Positions 39,851 to 52,139 of a DNA stretch of 64,000 nt are shown here, piece after piece; position 1 is the stretch's first letter; every line of letters begins with the position of its first letter. The notes under the pieces were generated by a model that was given only the letters and a program-made list of their open reading frames with translations, did not search any database and was not told the origin of the DNA. Both the position numbers and the translations under genes were made by a program. The stretch is taken from NCBI GenBank assembly GCA_051294375.1, contig CM119267.1:10410406-10474405 (forward strand), in the 5' to 3' direction. This DNA is from Paraspadella gotoi (lineage: Eukaryota; Animalia; Chaetognatha).

Positions 39851-42800
39851 ATGGCCACACTCCGAAATGTCGCTTGAAAAAAACCGACCCCATAAAACGC
39901 AAAAGAATTAAACCGCGGTGAAAGAAGTTTTTGACGTCTGAGAAAAAGATCCAAACGATGGCGCCATCTCCGTGGTGGAACGGAAGTAGCGTCGAAGCGA
40001 TTCAACAAGTGGCGCACTTGATGCCGCGCGTTCGACCTTTTTATGCCGTAAAGGTGAGCAACTTAAAGCAATTTGTTTTATTATATATCATTTTCCCTGT
40101 CACAGCGCATTAACAGGATTATGAAGCGTTATTAAATTTGAAACATTTTCCATATCTCCAAATTTTCTTCTCTTTTTATGTTTCCTAATAAGTTTTACAC
40201 TTTGTCTAAGGTGTGTTTAACTATGTAAGCCTCAAAATATGTTAGGTTTAAAGAATGCCACATTTCGTTTTATTTATTTGCTTATTTTTTAAACTTTTTT
40301 TAAACTTTTTTTTACTTTTTTTAAACTTTTTTAAAAAACTTTTAACTTTTTTAAATCCTTCAAAAAATATGTTAATAATATAAGAATATAAGAATAAAGT
40401 ATTCCCCGATCTAATACTTAAGGGAGAGTGGGTCTTTCTTACAATTGAAACATCCTTTGAAATATTTTTCCACTCATTGATAGGGAAAGCCAGGTACTCT
40501 GGGATGTAAAATAAACGGGACTGAAGTGGTCTTGATTGAAAGCTTAACAGGGACCTGCTATGTCAATTATCTTGTAAGAGTGATGGAGGCCTTAAACCAC
40601 CAAAGCCCTGTCCAATATGGCGTTGAAAAATAACGAAATATAACAAAATCAAGTGAGGTACATAGCTATTTTGGTGTAATAAAGTAATGTAGATATTCGA
40701 TGATGATAACTATTTTTTTTGTATAGTCTCATCTCCTTTGTCGGAAATGGCGGATTTTTGCAGCATATAGGTGCTATTAAAAATGGAGCAAAACATTGTT
40801 AGAGTAATAGGAAACTCAAATTATTAAGATTTTATAAAAGCCATATTTACTTACATAATTGAAAATAAAGACCCATATAAATACTTTTGTTAAGTTTTAT
40901 TTACAAATTTTATATTTTAATAATTAGTTTCTTAGCTATATTTATTAATAAAAAAAATAAAAAATAAGCTAAAATAAAAAAATAAAAATTTTTAAAACAG
41001 GATTTGAATTCCTTACAAAAAAGTTGATATATAGAGTATAATCCATTTTTAAAAAATTCTTTCATTAAGTAGGTTAAAAATAAATATATTAAAAACTATT
41101 TTTGTTTATTTTTAAATTTTTGGCTAAAAATTAATAGTTTTTCTGAATTTTGACTAACTTAATGATATAATTTTGATATAAAAATTATTTTTCTTATATC
41201 AACTAATTTTTACTCATAATTATTTAATAAATATAGTTAACTAATTTTTATAAAACATAAAATTTAGAAATAACTTACCAAAATTATTTTTTAATAAGTC
41301 TTTAATTTTTATGTTTCAAAAGCTTTTAATAATTTGATTTATCATAAACTTAAAATGGGTTTTTGCCTATTTTAAATAACAATTTTTATATACATTAAAA
41401 ACCGTCATTTCCGACAAAAAAGATAAAATTGATACAAAAAATGGTGCAATCACCATCGAATTCTTACAAGACTACATTACACTAAAATAGCTATGTACCT
41501 CACTTGATTTGTTATATTTTGTTTAATTTCTCAACGCTCTAACTGTCCAAAGTCAGGGGCAAGATAGCTAATTTATTAAATGAATGGATAATTTTTAATA
41601 ATTGGTTGTACAATTTCATAAACAACACATCGACAACATGAAATCCTTAGAACCCAGGCCGTATCCAGACCACGCGAAAGTCATCGAGTCGCTCACCGGT
41701 GTGGTTCCGGTTTCGACTGCCGCTTCCAAGAAAGGAAATAGATCTCGTTCTCCAAATGGGAGCTCAAAGTAAAAGATGTCGTCTTCTTCCCATCCGGAAA
41801 AAAATCGATTCGCGAAACGTCTCTCAGCGCCGACAAAAAGGTGTAGATTAAATTTGCCTCGATGTAAACATGATGAATGATACATAAGTATTAATAAAAT
41901 CAATATTTTTATTCAGGTGTGAACCTCCTGGTTGTTCGACAGTCTGGAGGAAAGTGAAAAAGATGGTCCAACTTCATCCTAATTGCGAAGGCGGTTCTTC
42001 GCAATCACGACCGGAAATCAGAAAGTCTCATTCATACGACGAAAAATACGGCGCCGAATTCTAGCGAGATTCCGGACTGAATGAGAGCGTCAAGATTTGG
42101 GGTATAAGTACTAATGTCACGGACGATACATGTATCACTATATTAATCAGTATGATGTTTCATCTTAAATTTCGCTTCCAATTTCGCTGCTTAAAACTAG
42201 TTACTTTAAGGAGTGACAACCTCGGTCCGGAAATCAGCCTTCCACGTGGGCAGCGCTGGCAGATACCCACATCGCAAAAGCCTTCACCGATCGCGCTGTC
42301 AAAAACCGCTGAACTTTTCAGATGGCGGCGTCCATGGGACACGAGATGCGATTGGTCGACATCGGAGGGAAGGAATTTCCAGGTCCTCGAACGATGAGGA
42401 TCCGGGTATCGAAGTCTACGGCGGAAGCGATTAAACGAAGGGCTAAGGATGTACTTTCCGACCGCTCGCCGTCGAAAGTAATTGCCGAACGCGGAAGGTA
42501 AGTTTGGAGATTAAAAAAATAAATAAATAAAACGAGAACATTAAGGAATTAACCAAGAAAAACTAACGACTCAAACAAGGTTCGTTCGCTTGCCGTACAA
42601 CCGGAACATACTATTAAGAATCGTGAATAAGAGGCTGAAACGAAGAGACCGAAAGACCAAAATCGTCGCTCATTACTTTTTCATGAAACGGAATTTTACG
42701 GAATCTCCTCTACCTTCGCTACTTTCCTCGCGCGAGTCGTCTTCTTCCATAGTCGCCCGTCGACGCGTCCGTGACGACTGCGTTCGGTGCTTTTGGGCGC

Positions 42801-42956
42801 TACTTGTCGTCTACGACTTTTGGCAGGGCGTTCATGGCCGGAACTCAGCGTCGGCGACGGCGTCTTTTTCGACGACACTGGCGCCCTAACGGTGCCTCCG
42901 TGGCGAGTAACTTCAACGCTACGGGCAAGGACTATGACCAAGTTATCTATATATAA
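39851..42956 (+). pseudogene. Second, heavily frameshifted copy of the ODC-like gene (probably an error-rich assembly duplicate rather than a true pseudogene)
   Basis: Same exons, introns and flanks as 31700-34732, with many 1-2 nt indels and few substitutions. The block starts directly after the 25-N gap at 38783-38807. Confidence 0.8.
40621..41536. mobile_element. Same foldback/MITE-like element in the duplicate ODC copy
   Basis: Same inverted arms. The right arm here (CCTCACTTGATTTGTTATATTTT...TCAACG) matches the left arm more closely than in copy 1. Confidence 0.7.
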
Positions 42957-45900
42957 TTTTTATTTTATTATTTTGTGCTCAAAATTTTTGTTATTTTTAT
43001 TTTAAATCTAGAAATCATAAGAATACATTTTTAGACATTGTTATCTCTAACATTATTTAATTTTGTTTAAAGCTTTTGTTCTATAGGACAGTAATTACGA
43101 AGTGTAATGCGTCTACACGTATCCCAATTTCAAATTTAGGTCATGTACTTACTACTGAATGCATTGGATCAGGCGTAATTGTCGAATTTCATGGCGGTAA
43201 CGGCCGCCCCAACTCCACGACCGCTAAGACCGTCCTTTGGTTGAGGCGATGACGGTCTCATGGCGCTAAAGGTATGATAGTCACCAAAAGCATTTTGTCT
43301 GTATACTTTACGATAACTGCCTTAAGCCCATTATACATCAAAAGTAATTCTAATCCAGATCCGCTTAGTCGTATATTTAATGCGCAATTATAGGTTTACA
43401 GGTTACGAATAAAAACCGTGCGATTTTATATAGTCTTACACAGATCTAAAAGAAACAGAAAATAAAGTACGAAAAAAAAAATAAAATGTTGGAATGTCTT
43501 TTCCGATTTATCCATTTCAATTTTCCGAAACTGAAAGGGCCGACGCCCACGCTTTTTTTTCTTTCTTTTTCCCGCCTTTTTTTTTCGAAAGGCAGTTTTT
43601 TCTTGTCAACCTCGGTTTTTTTTCCCTCTTTTTTTTTTCGCTTTCCCTTTTCTGTCCCCTTTTTTTTTTCGGAAGAAACGGTACGAGCATGATTTCCTTT
43701 TTTTCTTTTTTGGTCCATTTTCTACTTTTCTCTCTTTCCATATCTTTCGCTGCTACTAATTCTTCTGTTTTTGACAATTCTAAATCTTTTCAGAATAAAA
43801 CCTGTTTTGGTAATTCGAGTAGAAAGACTTTCTTTAATCTCGAAAAGCTTTTTTCCTTATCGCAAAGTTTACAAAAAAAAAATAGTAAAAACTTTCTTTT
43901 GTCTCATAAATATTTGGTTATTCGCGTTTGTGTGTCCCAAAAGCAACGTCCAGCGGAAAAAAGTAAACAAAACGCGGTAAACCAACTCAAGCTTCCACGA
44001 CATACTTAAGACTAACCTTCAGTGTGCAAATTAGTCCACGCAATCCGAAACGCAGCCTTTTGCAGCTGCACAACTCCGCAAGAGCGATACGTGCGAGCAT
44101 CTCAATTCAATAGCGCCATACAAAAAAAAAATGCGCGCCCTCTATTAAGTTCGTGCTAGTCGAAGCCAAGCCGCAGCCTGGAGCAGTAACTGCTGGGCGG
44201 AAGGAGCCAACGAACCATCTCGCCAGCAAATTTCGCCCGCGGGCGTGGAACCGGAAAGGGTGCGCTTAGCGTGACGGCCGCAACCTCGACGCTCGCGAAA
44301 GTTGGGTTTTGGCAACCAAAAAATTCCTATAAAATCGGAAAAAAAAAAACTGGAGAGACAAATTTGATTAGTACGGAAAGAAACGAACGACGACAAATGA
44401 ACGAGGGCGCACGACCAAAAAAAAGAAAAAATAACTATTCCTTTGAAGAGAAATGTTTTCATTCAGATGAAAGAGGGATGCCCACATTTTGGGAAGAGAG
44501 TCAGGCGAGGGTTTGGTTTTGAAAGTAAGGAAAACAATCAAGGCAGCAGAGCGAGCGCAACTCTTGGCGCCACAGTCTTATCGGTTTTTTTCTTATTAAC
44601 ATCGACTATAGAGAGGAAAAAAAAAAGGAAGGCCGAATGGATTTATATTTACTTTCGGTAAAGTATACAACTCTCTCTCTCTCTTTCTCTTCTTCTCTGG
44701 TCCCCTTAAGCCAAATCTTCGAGCCTTCGAGACTCGATATACATTATGCATAGAAACGGAGAACTTCGGCGTCGAAGTGTATAACCCGGGGTGGGACCTG
44801 GGTGGTGCAGGAGATGGAGGAGAGGAGGGTGGGTGAGGGGAGAAGAAATGGGTTTGGGGGTGACGGTAGGGGGCGAGATTAAAAGAGAAGATTGCGACTT
44901 ATTTTAAGATCCGCCTAATCGTGATTAAAAAGGAAGGATAGAGAGAAAAGGAAAGTAAGGTATTTACGCATTTCGAACCCAGAGTGAACGTCTAAAGTTC
45001 ACTCGCTGGTCGCTCACCTTTTTACCGTTCACTCCGAGAGTTATCGTCGAGCCCCTTTATCGGCCACGCCCATATTTGATTAACCTTGACCGAAGGCGTG
45101 CGCCATCGCGACCTGGCGTTCGATCGCCAACTAGAGCACGCAGGTCAGCAACGCCCTCGTCGCGGTTAAGGGCAAAACGCGCTCGAGGGCATCAATTTAA
45201 GCCGAGTTATTCCCGAGTCTTAGAGGCGGCGATTGCGAGGCCATGTGGCGCCACTTGATGCCAGATGTTAAAGCCTTTCGACGACTTTTGGGCGAAAGTT
45301 TCTCGCAATCAAATAACGACGACGATGAAGAGACGAAATATTACCGAACTTTAAAGTATTTAAATCTCAAGACAAGAGCGTGAAGTAGGTAGAAGAATTT
45401 TTTGTAAATATTTGAAATTATTCTCCATAAATTATGTATGTTGGAAGTTATTTTCAAAAGAATTTTCTCTTTGATTTTTCTTTTAATACCTTCTTTCCCC
45501 TATAACCTTACCTCGGGCCAGCTAAATACCCTACCAACTCACCGTCGTTGTTTTTCTCCTCTTTACTTTCTCTCCTGTTTTCGCCCCCTCCCCTTCTTCC
45601 ACCTCTCCAGACGCCATCTTCCCACCCACGCGTCATCCAAATTCCCCCCCCTCTCTCTCTCTCTTCCCCCCATTTGCGCCATCGCTCGCGATTTTTTCGT
45701 CGCAAGAGATCCCGGCCTTGACCCCGAGGGTAACAGGGCGGGGGAAATGGGGGAAGAGAGAAAAAAGAGGTCAAAGCAAAAGAAAAAGAAAAAAAAAACA
45801 AGCTAACAAAGGGGGGAAAAGGAGGAACAAAAAAGAAAAAACAAGGAAAACAAAGGTAAGGAAGATGAAAAAAAAAAAAACAACAGAAAAGGATAAGGAA

Positions 45901-46358
45901 GCCTCGTCTCTCGGAAGAATAGCGCCTTTGTTCTTGTTTACGACCAACGCTTTCGCTCTGAAGATAAAAAAAAAAAAAGATAATTTTTTTTTTGCTCCGG
46001 GAGATGAGCTTGGTTTTTTTTTCATAACGTTTCTGCAGGTTTTGTTACGGTTAAAATAAGGTTGGCGAATGTTTTTTTTTTTTCAAAGCGGAATATTATC
46101 ATCGATTAAAACTTTTAAAAAAGTCCAGTCCAACAGTTTATTAGTTATCAGTTATTACATTTTAGCAGATGTGAAAGGCGAGAAAAAGTAAACAAAAACT
46201 CAATTTTTTTGGCTGGAATCGAAACGCGGTTCTCTCCTCTCGCCAGCTGACGAACCGTAGTCCTTTGAATATCTGGGTGTGGTTTTTCCGGATCGGGTGA
46301 CAATAGGAGAGGGGGGACGCATTAGGGTTCGTCGGGTTCCATGATAATTTTTATCCAG

Positions 46359-46388
46359 GCGAGTTGCCGACTCCAAACTATAACATGA
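46359..46388 (+). CDS. Candidate 30-nt microexon (xELPTPNYNMx) of an unidentified plus-strand gene
   Basis: TTTTTATCCAG|GCGAGTTGCCGACTCCAAACTATAACATGA|GTAAGA. The length preserves frame. Confidence 0.45.
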   Translation, partial: ASCRLQTIT

Positions 46389-46729
46389 GTAAGAACGATT
46401 TCAATTTTCCCTCTACTTAGTCTAAATTTATCTTTGTCTGAATATTTTTTTTTATTTTTATATTTTTTAAGTGATTTCAGTGATTTTTTCCCCTTTTTTT
46501 TTTATCGAGATCACGAATTCAATTTGTTTTCCCTCTTTATCGCTCGAATCCAATATTGCATATCTTGTAAGTCTTTTTCCCCTCAAGTCTTTTTTATTTC
46601 TTTCTTTTACTTCAACTCTTTTTATTTTTATTTTTTTTTATAGTTTTTTATTATTTCTTTGTACACCTCTCTCTCCCTTCTTATCCTACATACTCACTCT
46701 CAGTACAACAAGATCCCTGCTCCGACTCC

Positions 46730-46763
<34 letters not shown>

Positions 46764-47333
46764 GTCTTCTCTCTCTCTCTCATCTCCTCTCTCCGATCTC
46801 TCTCTCTCTATTTTCAATTTTATTATCGAAGCATTAATTTTAAATTCCATCCTTCGCCGCCGGCGGGGAAAAGTTAATCTCGGTCACGTGACCTCAATTA
46901 GTCTTGTGAAAATCGCGAGAAAGACCAATCCCTCTCTCTCCTCTCTCTCTCGTCTCTCTCTCTCTCACTCTCCTCATCTCCTCTCCTCTCTCTCTCTCGT
47001 CTCTCTCCTCATACATCATCTTCTTACAAAAAGGTTACAAATTCAATCTCTCTCCTTTTCCCTCCAGGAGTCAAAAGTTTATCCGTCAGTGGAACACGAA
47101 TTTTCCTTGGACTCGAACCCGTTTTTTTTTTTATCCTTTTGAATCTTCTTCGTCTCTCTTGAACTCGAATTTTTGCGTTTGCGTCTTTCGTAGTTTTCGT
47201 GATTCATCGTTCCTTTTTATGGCGTCGTCCCTCGTAAAAGACATTGTCGTCGTCGTCTTGACGTCGTTGTCGCTTTCCTCTTCTGTCATCGTTATCTTTT
47301 CACTTTTTTCGTCGTCGTAATTTTTCTTTTTTT

Positions 47334-47391
47334 TTAGTCCTCGTTTCTTTTTCTTTTCTTTATTTTTCGACTCTTTTCAGAAAGAGGCAGA

Positions 47392-47428
<37 letters not shown>

Positions 47429-47729
47429 CCCTTCCCCTGTTTACCTCTGTCTCCCCGGTATCACCGTCGGAATACCTAAATGTTTGACGAGACGTCGTCA
47501 CTTCTTCTTCCGTCTCCTTCCATCTCCTTCCGTCTTCTTCTTCCTCGAGACTCAAGATCCCTAAAATTCTTCTCCCTTCGACGTGACCCAGAATGAGGCG
47601 AGTTCCTTCCATTCTACCGGTTTCTCTCGTCCACACTGTCATCTTCGTCGTCGTCGTCGTCGTCGTCGTCATCTTTGTCAATCTTTCCGAATAAAAACCC
47701 TTTGAATCCATTTTAAAAGTCATCGACAC
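47334..47729 (-). CDS. Possible coding segment, acidic with a basic NLS-like end; unidentified
   Basis: 131-codon open frame ...RLILGHVEGRRILGILSLEEEEDGRRWKETEEE...D11-LPLSEKSRKIKKRKRNED. The open frame is partly explained by (GAC)n repeats. Confidence 0.25.
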
Positions 47730-48608
47730 TACGAGGCCGTTGTTTATGTTGTGGTTGTTTTTTAGTTTGTTTGTTTTTTGTTGTTTTTTTTTTTTTTAGG
47801 CGTTTACCGCCGACGTCGTCAACCCATATAAGCGCTTGTTTGTGCCATGGGCGTTGACACGATGTCTATGGGAGCCCGGCGTCGTCGTCGTCGTCGTCGT
47901 AAAAACCAGCGACCGGCGCCGTCGTTGTCCTCCATCTTTTGTCGTCGTCGTCGCCCGCCGGTCGTCGTCGAGCGAAGAGTCAAAGTTGATCTCCCTCGTT
48001 ACGGTTGAGCGTCCTTCACGCGTTCGAGTCGACGCCGCGTCGCGTCGCGTCTCTCCCAGAGGGCGCGGGCGTCGTTAGGCGATGTCTTCGTCGTTCCTTG
48101 CTTGGTTGGGAGTTGTTGTCGTAGTTGTTCTATGTGATGTTGTTGTTGTGTAGCGGGTGTTTTAGTGGTAATAGTTTTGTTTTTGTTGTAATTGTTGTTG
48201 CGGTGTAGTGTAGTGTAGTAGTCATTAGGAGAAGAAGTAGTAGTATTCATGTTACAGTTATTTTTATATTTGTTAACTTGTTGTCGAGTTGAAGTGACTT
48301 TTGTTATTGGAGTTGCTTTTGGAGTTTTTAATGTATTAGTACTCGTACGTTATAATTGTAATAGTTGATTTATTGTAATTGTTCTATTAATTTTTGCAAA
48401 TTTTATTATTATTCGTCGTCATTGTAATTGTAATGAATGTACTTGTAGTTGTTAGAATTTTATCCCTTCACTCATTCACCGTTTCAGTCTCGTCTCGACG
48501 CCGTTGCGAACTTCAGTTGTTGAGTCGTTTATCTTTTTTCTTGTTCTAAAAATAGACTCGGCGGAAGGAAAAACAAATGGCGAGTGTTCTTTAATGGTCA
48601 TTGGTCAG

Positions 48609-48651
<43 letters not shown>

Positions 48652-48837
48652 AAGGTAGAGCAAGTTAAACGTTCAGTTTTCATGGACTCATCAAAGCGAA
48701 AAGGCTCAAGGTTCTTGGACGGTGGAGAGGCAGAGGAGGAAACTTAAAAAGGAAGACAAAATGGCGGACAAAAGCAAAAAAATAAAGCAGGAAAACATAG
48801 CGGAAAGAACGCTTTTTAGACGGGGGGTGTGATGATA

Positions 48838-49370
48838 ATGGATATTGGATATTGGATAAACGCCCACCTAGGATTGGCTTTAATTGCTTATTGGAGCCGG
48901 TTACTACCAAATAAATACTAGTCATTCAATAAATTCAGTTAGATCCTTCAATTACGGAATAGGCCCATATGAGCAACCTCATTGGATGACTTTTACCACC
49001 TTCCTCCCTCCACCTTTTAAAGCGGGACATTCGCCTCATTCCATGATCTTTTTTTACGTCCCTTTTCTTCCCATAACAAAGTTTGTTTTGTCCACACGAC
49101 GACGACGACGACGACGACGACGCGACGTGACGGCCGGGCGGCGGGCGGCCGCGGCGGCGGCGACAGGCGATGGACAACGGCGGACGACCCACTTTGCCTT
49201 TATTAACCGCAAAAGAAGTTTTTTTTTTCGGTTCATTCCTCATTTCGTCGTTTTCCTTAATCCGCCGTGTGGGTCTTTAAACGTCCGGTCTCACCTGCTA
49301 CGTCTCGTGACAAATTGACACGTTTGACGAGTTTTTTTGTTTACGGTTAGCAACCTCACTCTCCCACCCC

Positions 49371-49408
<38 letters not shown>

Positions 49409-49610
49409 CCTCTCCTCTTCTCTCTCTCTCTCTGTTCCAGTGATTTCGGCCACATAAAACCATTTACTTGTTCCCGTTCGCGTCACTTTTTCATTTTCCT
49501 GGCGGAAGGCGTCAACGGATTTGTTTGTTGCCTTCGGCTCGCCTCGTTTTTATCGGCTTTTTCATGTTTCCGTCGTCGTTCGTCAGGATGTCTCTTTCTC
49601 TCTCTCTTCT

Positions 49611-49678
<68 letters not shown>

Positions 49679-49847
49679 CTTTCAATCTCCGTTCTCAATA
49701 ACCGGTTGCCTACCCGGACTCACCAGAATCCATTGCCGTCCCAAGCAAGCAGAGTCCAATTTCTCCCTTTTCTTGTCATTTTTAAAGCTTTTAGTCTCTT
49801 TATATTGCATTGCGGTGCGAGTTATTGAATTTATTTTCCTTTTCTTG

Positions 49848-49891
<44 letters not shown>

Positions 49892-50415
49892 GCTCTCTCT
49901 CTCTTTCTAACCCGATTTTTATTTCACGTGTTTTTTCTTTTCTCAATTTCTCCTGTTTTTGCTTTCTTTAAACCGCCAATTTTTTTTACGTCCTTCTGGC
50001 AAAGACTCCGNNNNNNNNNNNNNNNNNNNNNNNNNACGTAAAAAAAGACATGGAATGAGGCGATGTCCGCTTAAAAGTGGAGGGAGGAAGGTGGTAAGTC
50101 TCCAATGAGGTTGCTCTTCATGGCCTATCCGAAATTGAAAGGATCTAACTGAATTATNNNNNNNNNNNNNNNNNNNNNNNNNNNNNNNNNNNNNNNNNNN
50201 NNNNNNNNNNNNNNNNNNNNNNNNNNNNNNNNNNNNNNNNNNNNNNNNNNNNNNNNNNNNNNNNNNNNNNNNNNNNNNNNNNNNNNNNNNNNNNNNNNNN
50301 NNNNNNNNNNNNNNNNNNNNNNNNNNNNNNNNNNNNNNNNNNNNNNNNNNNNNNNNNNNNNNAAGCAATCCTAGGTGGGCGTTATCCAATATCCAATATC
50401 CAATTATCCAATTAT
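48838..50415. repeat. Inverted duplication: ~48838-49058 versus ~50036-50415
   Basis: GGATATTGGATATTGGATAAACGCCCACCTAGGATT is reverse-complemented at ~50367-50401, and 48930-49058 is reverse-complemented at 50036-50157. Confidence 0.85.
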
Positions 50416-51065
50416 CCATACATCAAATAAAAAGCAACGTTGCCCCTGACTTTGGACTGGCTATTGTGGCGAAGCTATAGCGCCCATCACTCTTACAAGG
50501 TANNNNNNNNNNNNNNNNNNNNNNNNNNNNNNNNNNNNNNNNNNNNNNNNNNNNNNNNNNNNNNNNNNNNNNNNNNNNNNNNNNNNNNNNNNNNNNNNNN
50601 NNNNNNNNNNNNNNNNNNNNNNNNNNNNNNNNNNNNNNNNNNNNNNNNNNNNNNNNNNNNNNNNNNNNNNNNNNNNNNNNNNNNNNNNNNNNNNNNNNNN
50701 NNNNNNNNNNNNNNNNNNNNNNNNNNNNNNNNNNNNNNNNNNNNNNNNNNNNNNNNNNNNGTAATTGTTTGCCCCAATATCATAAGAGGGGTTGAGAAAT
50801 ACGGTTCAATCACAACCCGATAGCGATGAAGGAGCAAAGAAAGGGCAGATATAAAATTATAAATAAAGGGGTGGAATAGAGGGCGCGAAGAGTCGAGGCG
50901 GAGCTCAGCTGCCGCGAAGTCGAGCGACGCGTCAATCAAAAATAAAAAAGCGAAAATGAAAATGGGGAGAAACATCAGAAGACGAAGAAGGTTCAACTTG
51001 AAGATGCCCTCTTGATAACGCGGGTCGTCGGGGAAGGAGAGGAGAGGAGAGAGAGAGAGAGGGTT

Positions 51066-51099
<34 letters not shown>

Positions 51100-51133
51100 A
51101 GAGAGAGAAAGCAGAGAGAGAGAGAGAGAGAGA

Positions 51134-51187
<54 letters not shown>

Positions 51188-51999
51188 GGATTCCTTTTCT
51201 CGCATGTACTGAGAGAGTCCGGTGGATGATAGGAGAGAGACGACAGGTGACCGATGGATTGCAAATTCACAGACGAGTCTTTCCGTTTAATTATTGATGA
51301 CGTCTTTCGTTGTTTTCTTCATTGGGTGTGGTCGGTGAGAGGGGTCTCGTGATATGTGAAACTTTAAAATGGAGTTTTGATGATAGTTTGTATAGAGAAA
51401 GATAGAGGGATAGAGAAAACTTCATAGAATGGGATAATTATAAAAAAAAGAAATAGGGGGTAAAATAGGGCGAAAAATATGGCGCATGGGTTGTGGAATG
51501 TTAGGGTAATGAAATATGAGCGAAAACTGGTTAGATGGAGAAAACTCGGCGATGAAAATTCTCGCGATATCGGAAAAAGAAAAAAGAAGCGGAAATACGC
51601 CGCAGCCGACATCGCCGCTTCAGCCGACGCGGCAGCCGCCTTTCTCTCCCCCCACTATACCCGGATTCGTCCGCAGCATCCGCCGCCCTACGCCCCCTTC
51701 TTTCCCCCCCGCCTCTTCGTCGCAGGCGCTGTTGATCAATCGAGCGGAAAAGAGCGAAGGGATGAAAGAGCTGACATAAACGGAGGATGGAATGACAGAA
51801 GAGAGGACAAAGGACGAATAGGGCGAGGCGAGAATGACAAAAGAGGGTTATTGAATAGAGGTGGGGTGAATGATGGGAGGGAGAGAGGGATGGAGGGAGA
51901 GAAAGAGAGAGAGTGAAGAAAAGTTGGAAAAAATGCCAAATGATGGACAACCGAGACAAAATGGAAAATCAGTGAAAGTAGAGAAAACCGAAATGATAA

Positions 52000-52103
<104 letters not shown>

Positions 52104-52139
52104 GTCTATCCCATATGCATATGAAGGCCTCAAGGATGA

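Larger units (their letters stand above)
30690..47260. repeat. Block duplication D (contains the ODC-like gene): ~30690-38782 and 38808-~47260
   Basis: Colinear ~8 kb copies on either side of the 25-N gap at 38783-38807. Confidence 0.92.

Noticed and set aside
50860-50996. Signal-peptide-like minus-strand ORF (MFLPIFIFAFLFLIDAS...)
   Set aside because: The hydrophobicity is explained by T-rich composition, and the ORF runs into an N gap with nothing recognisable.
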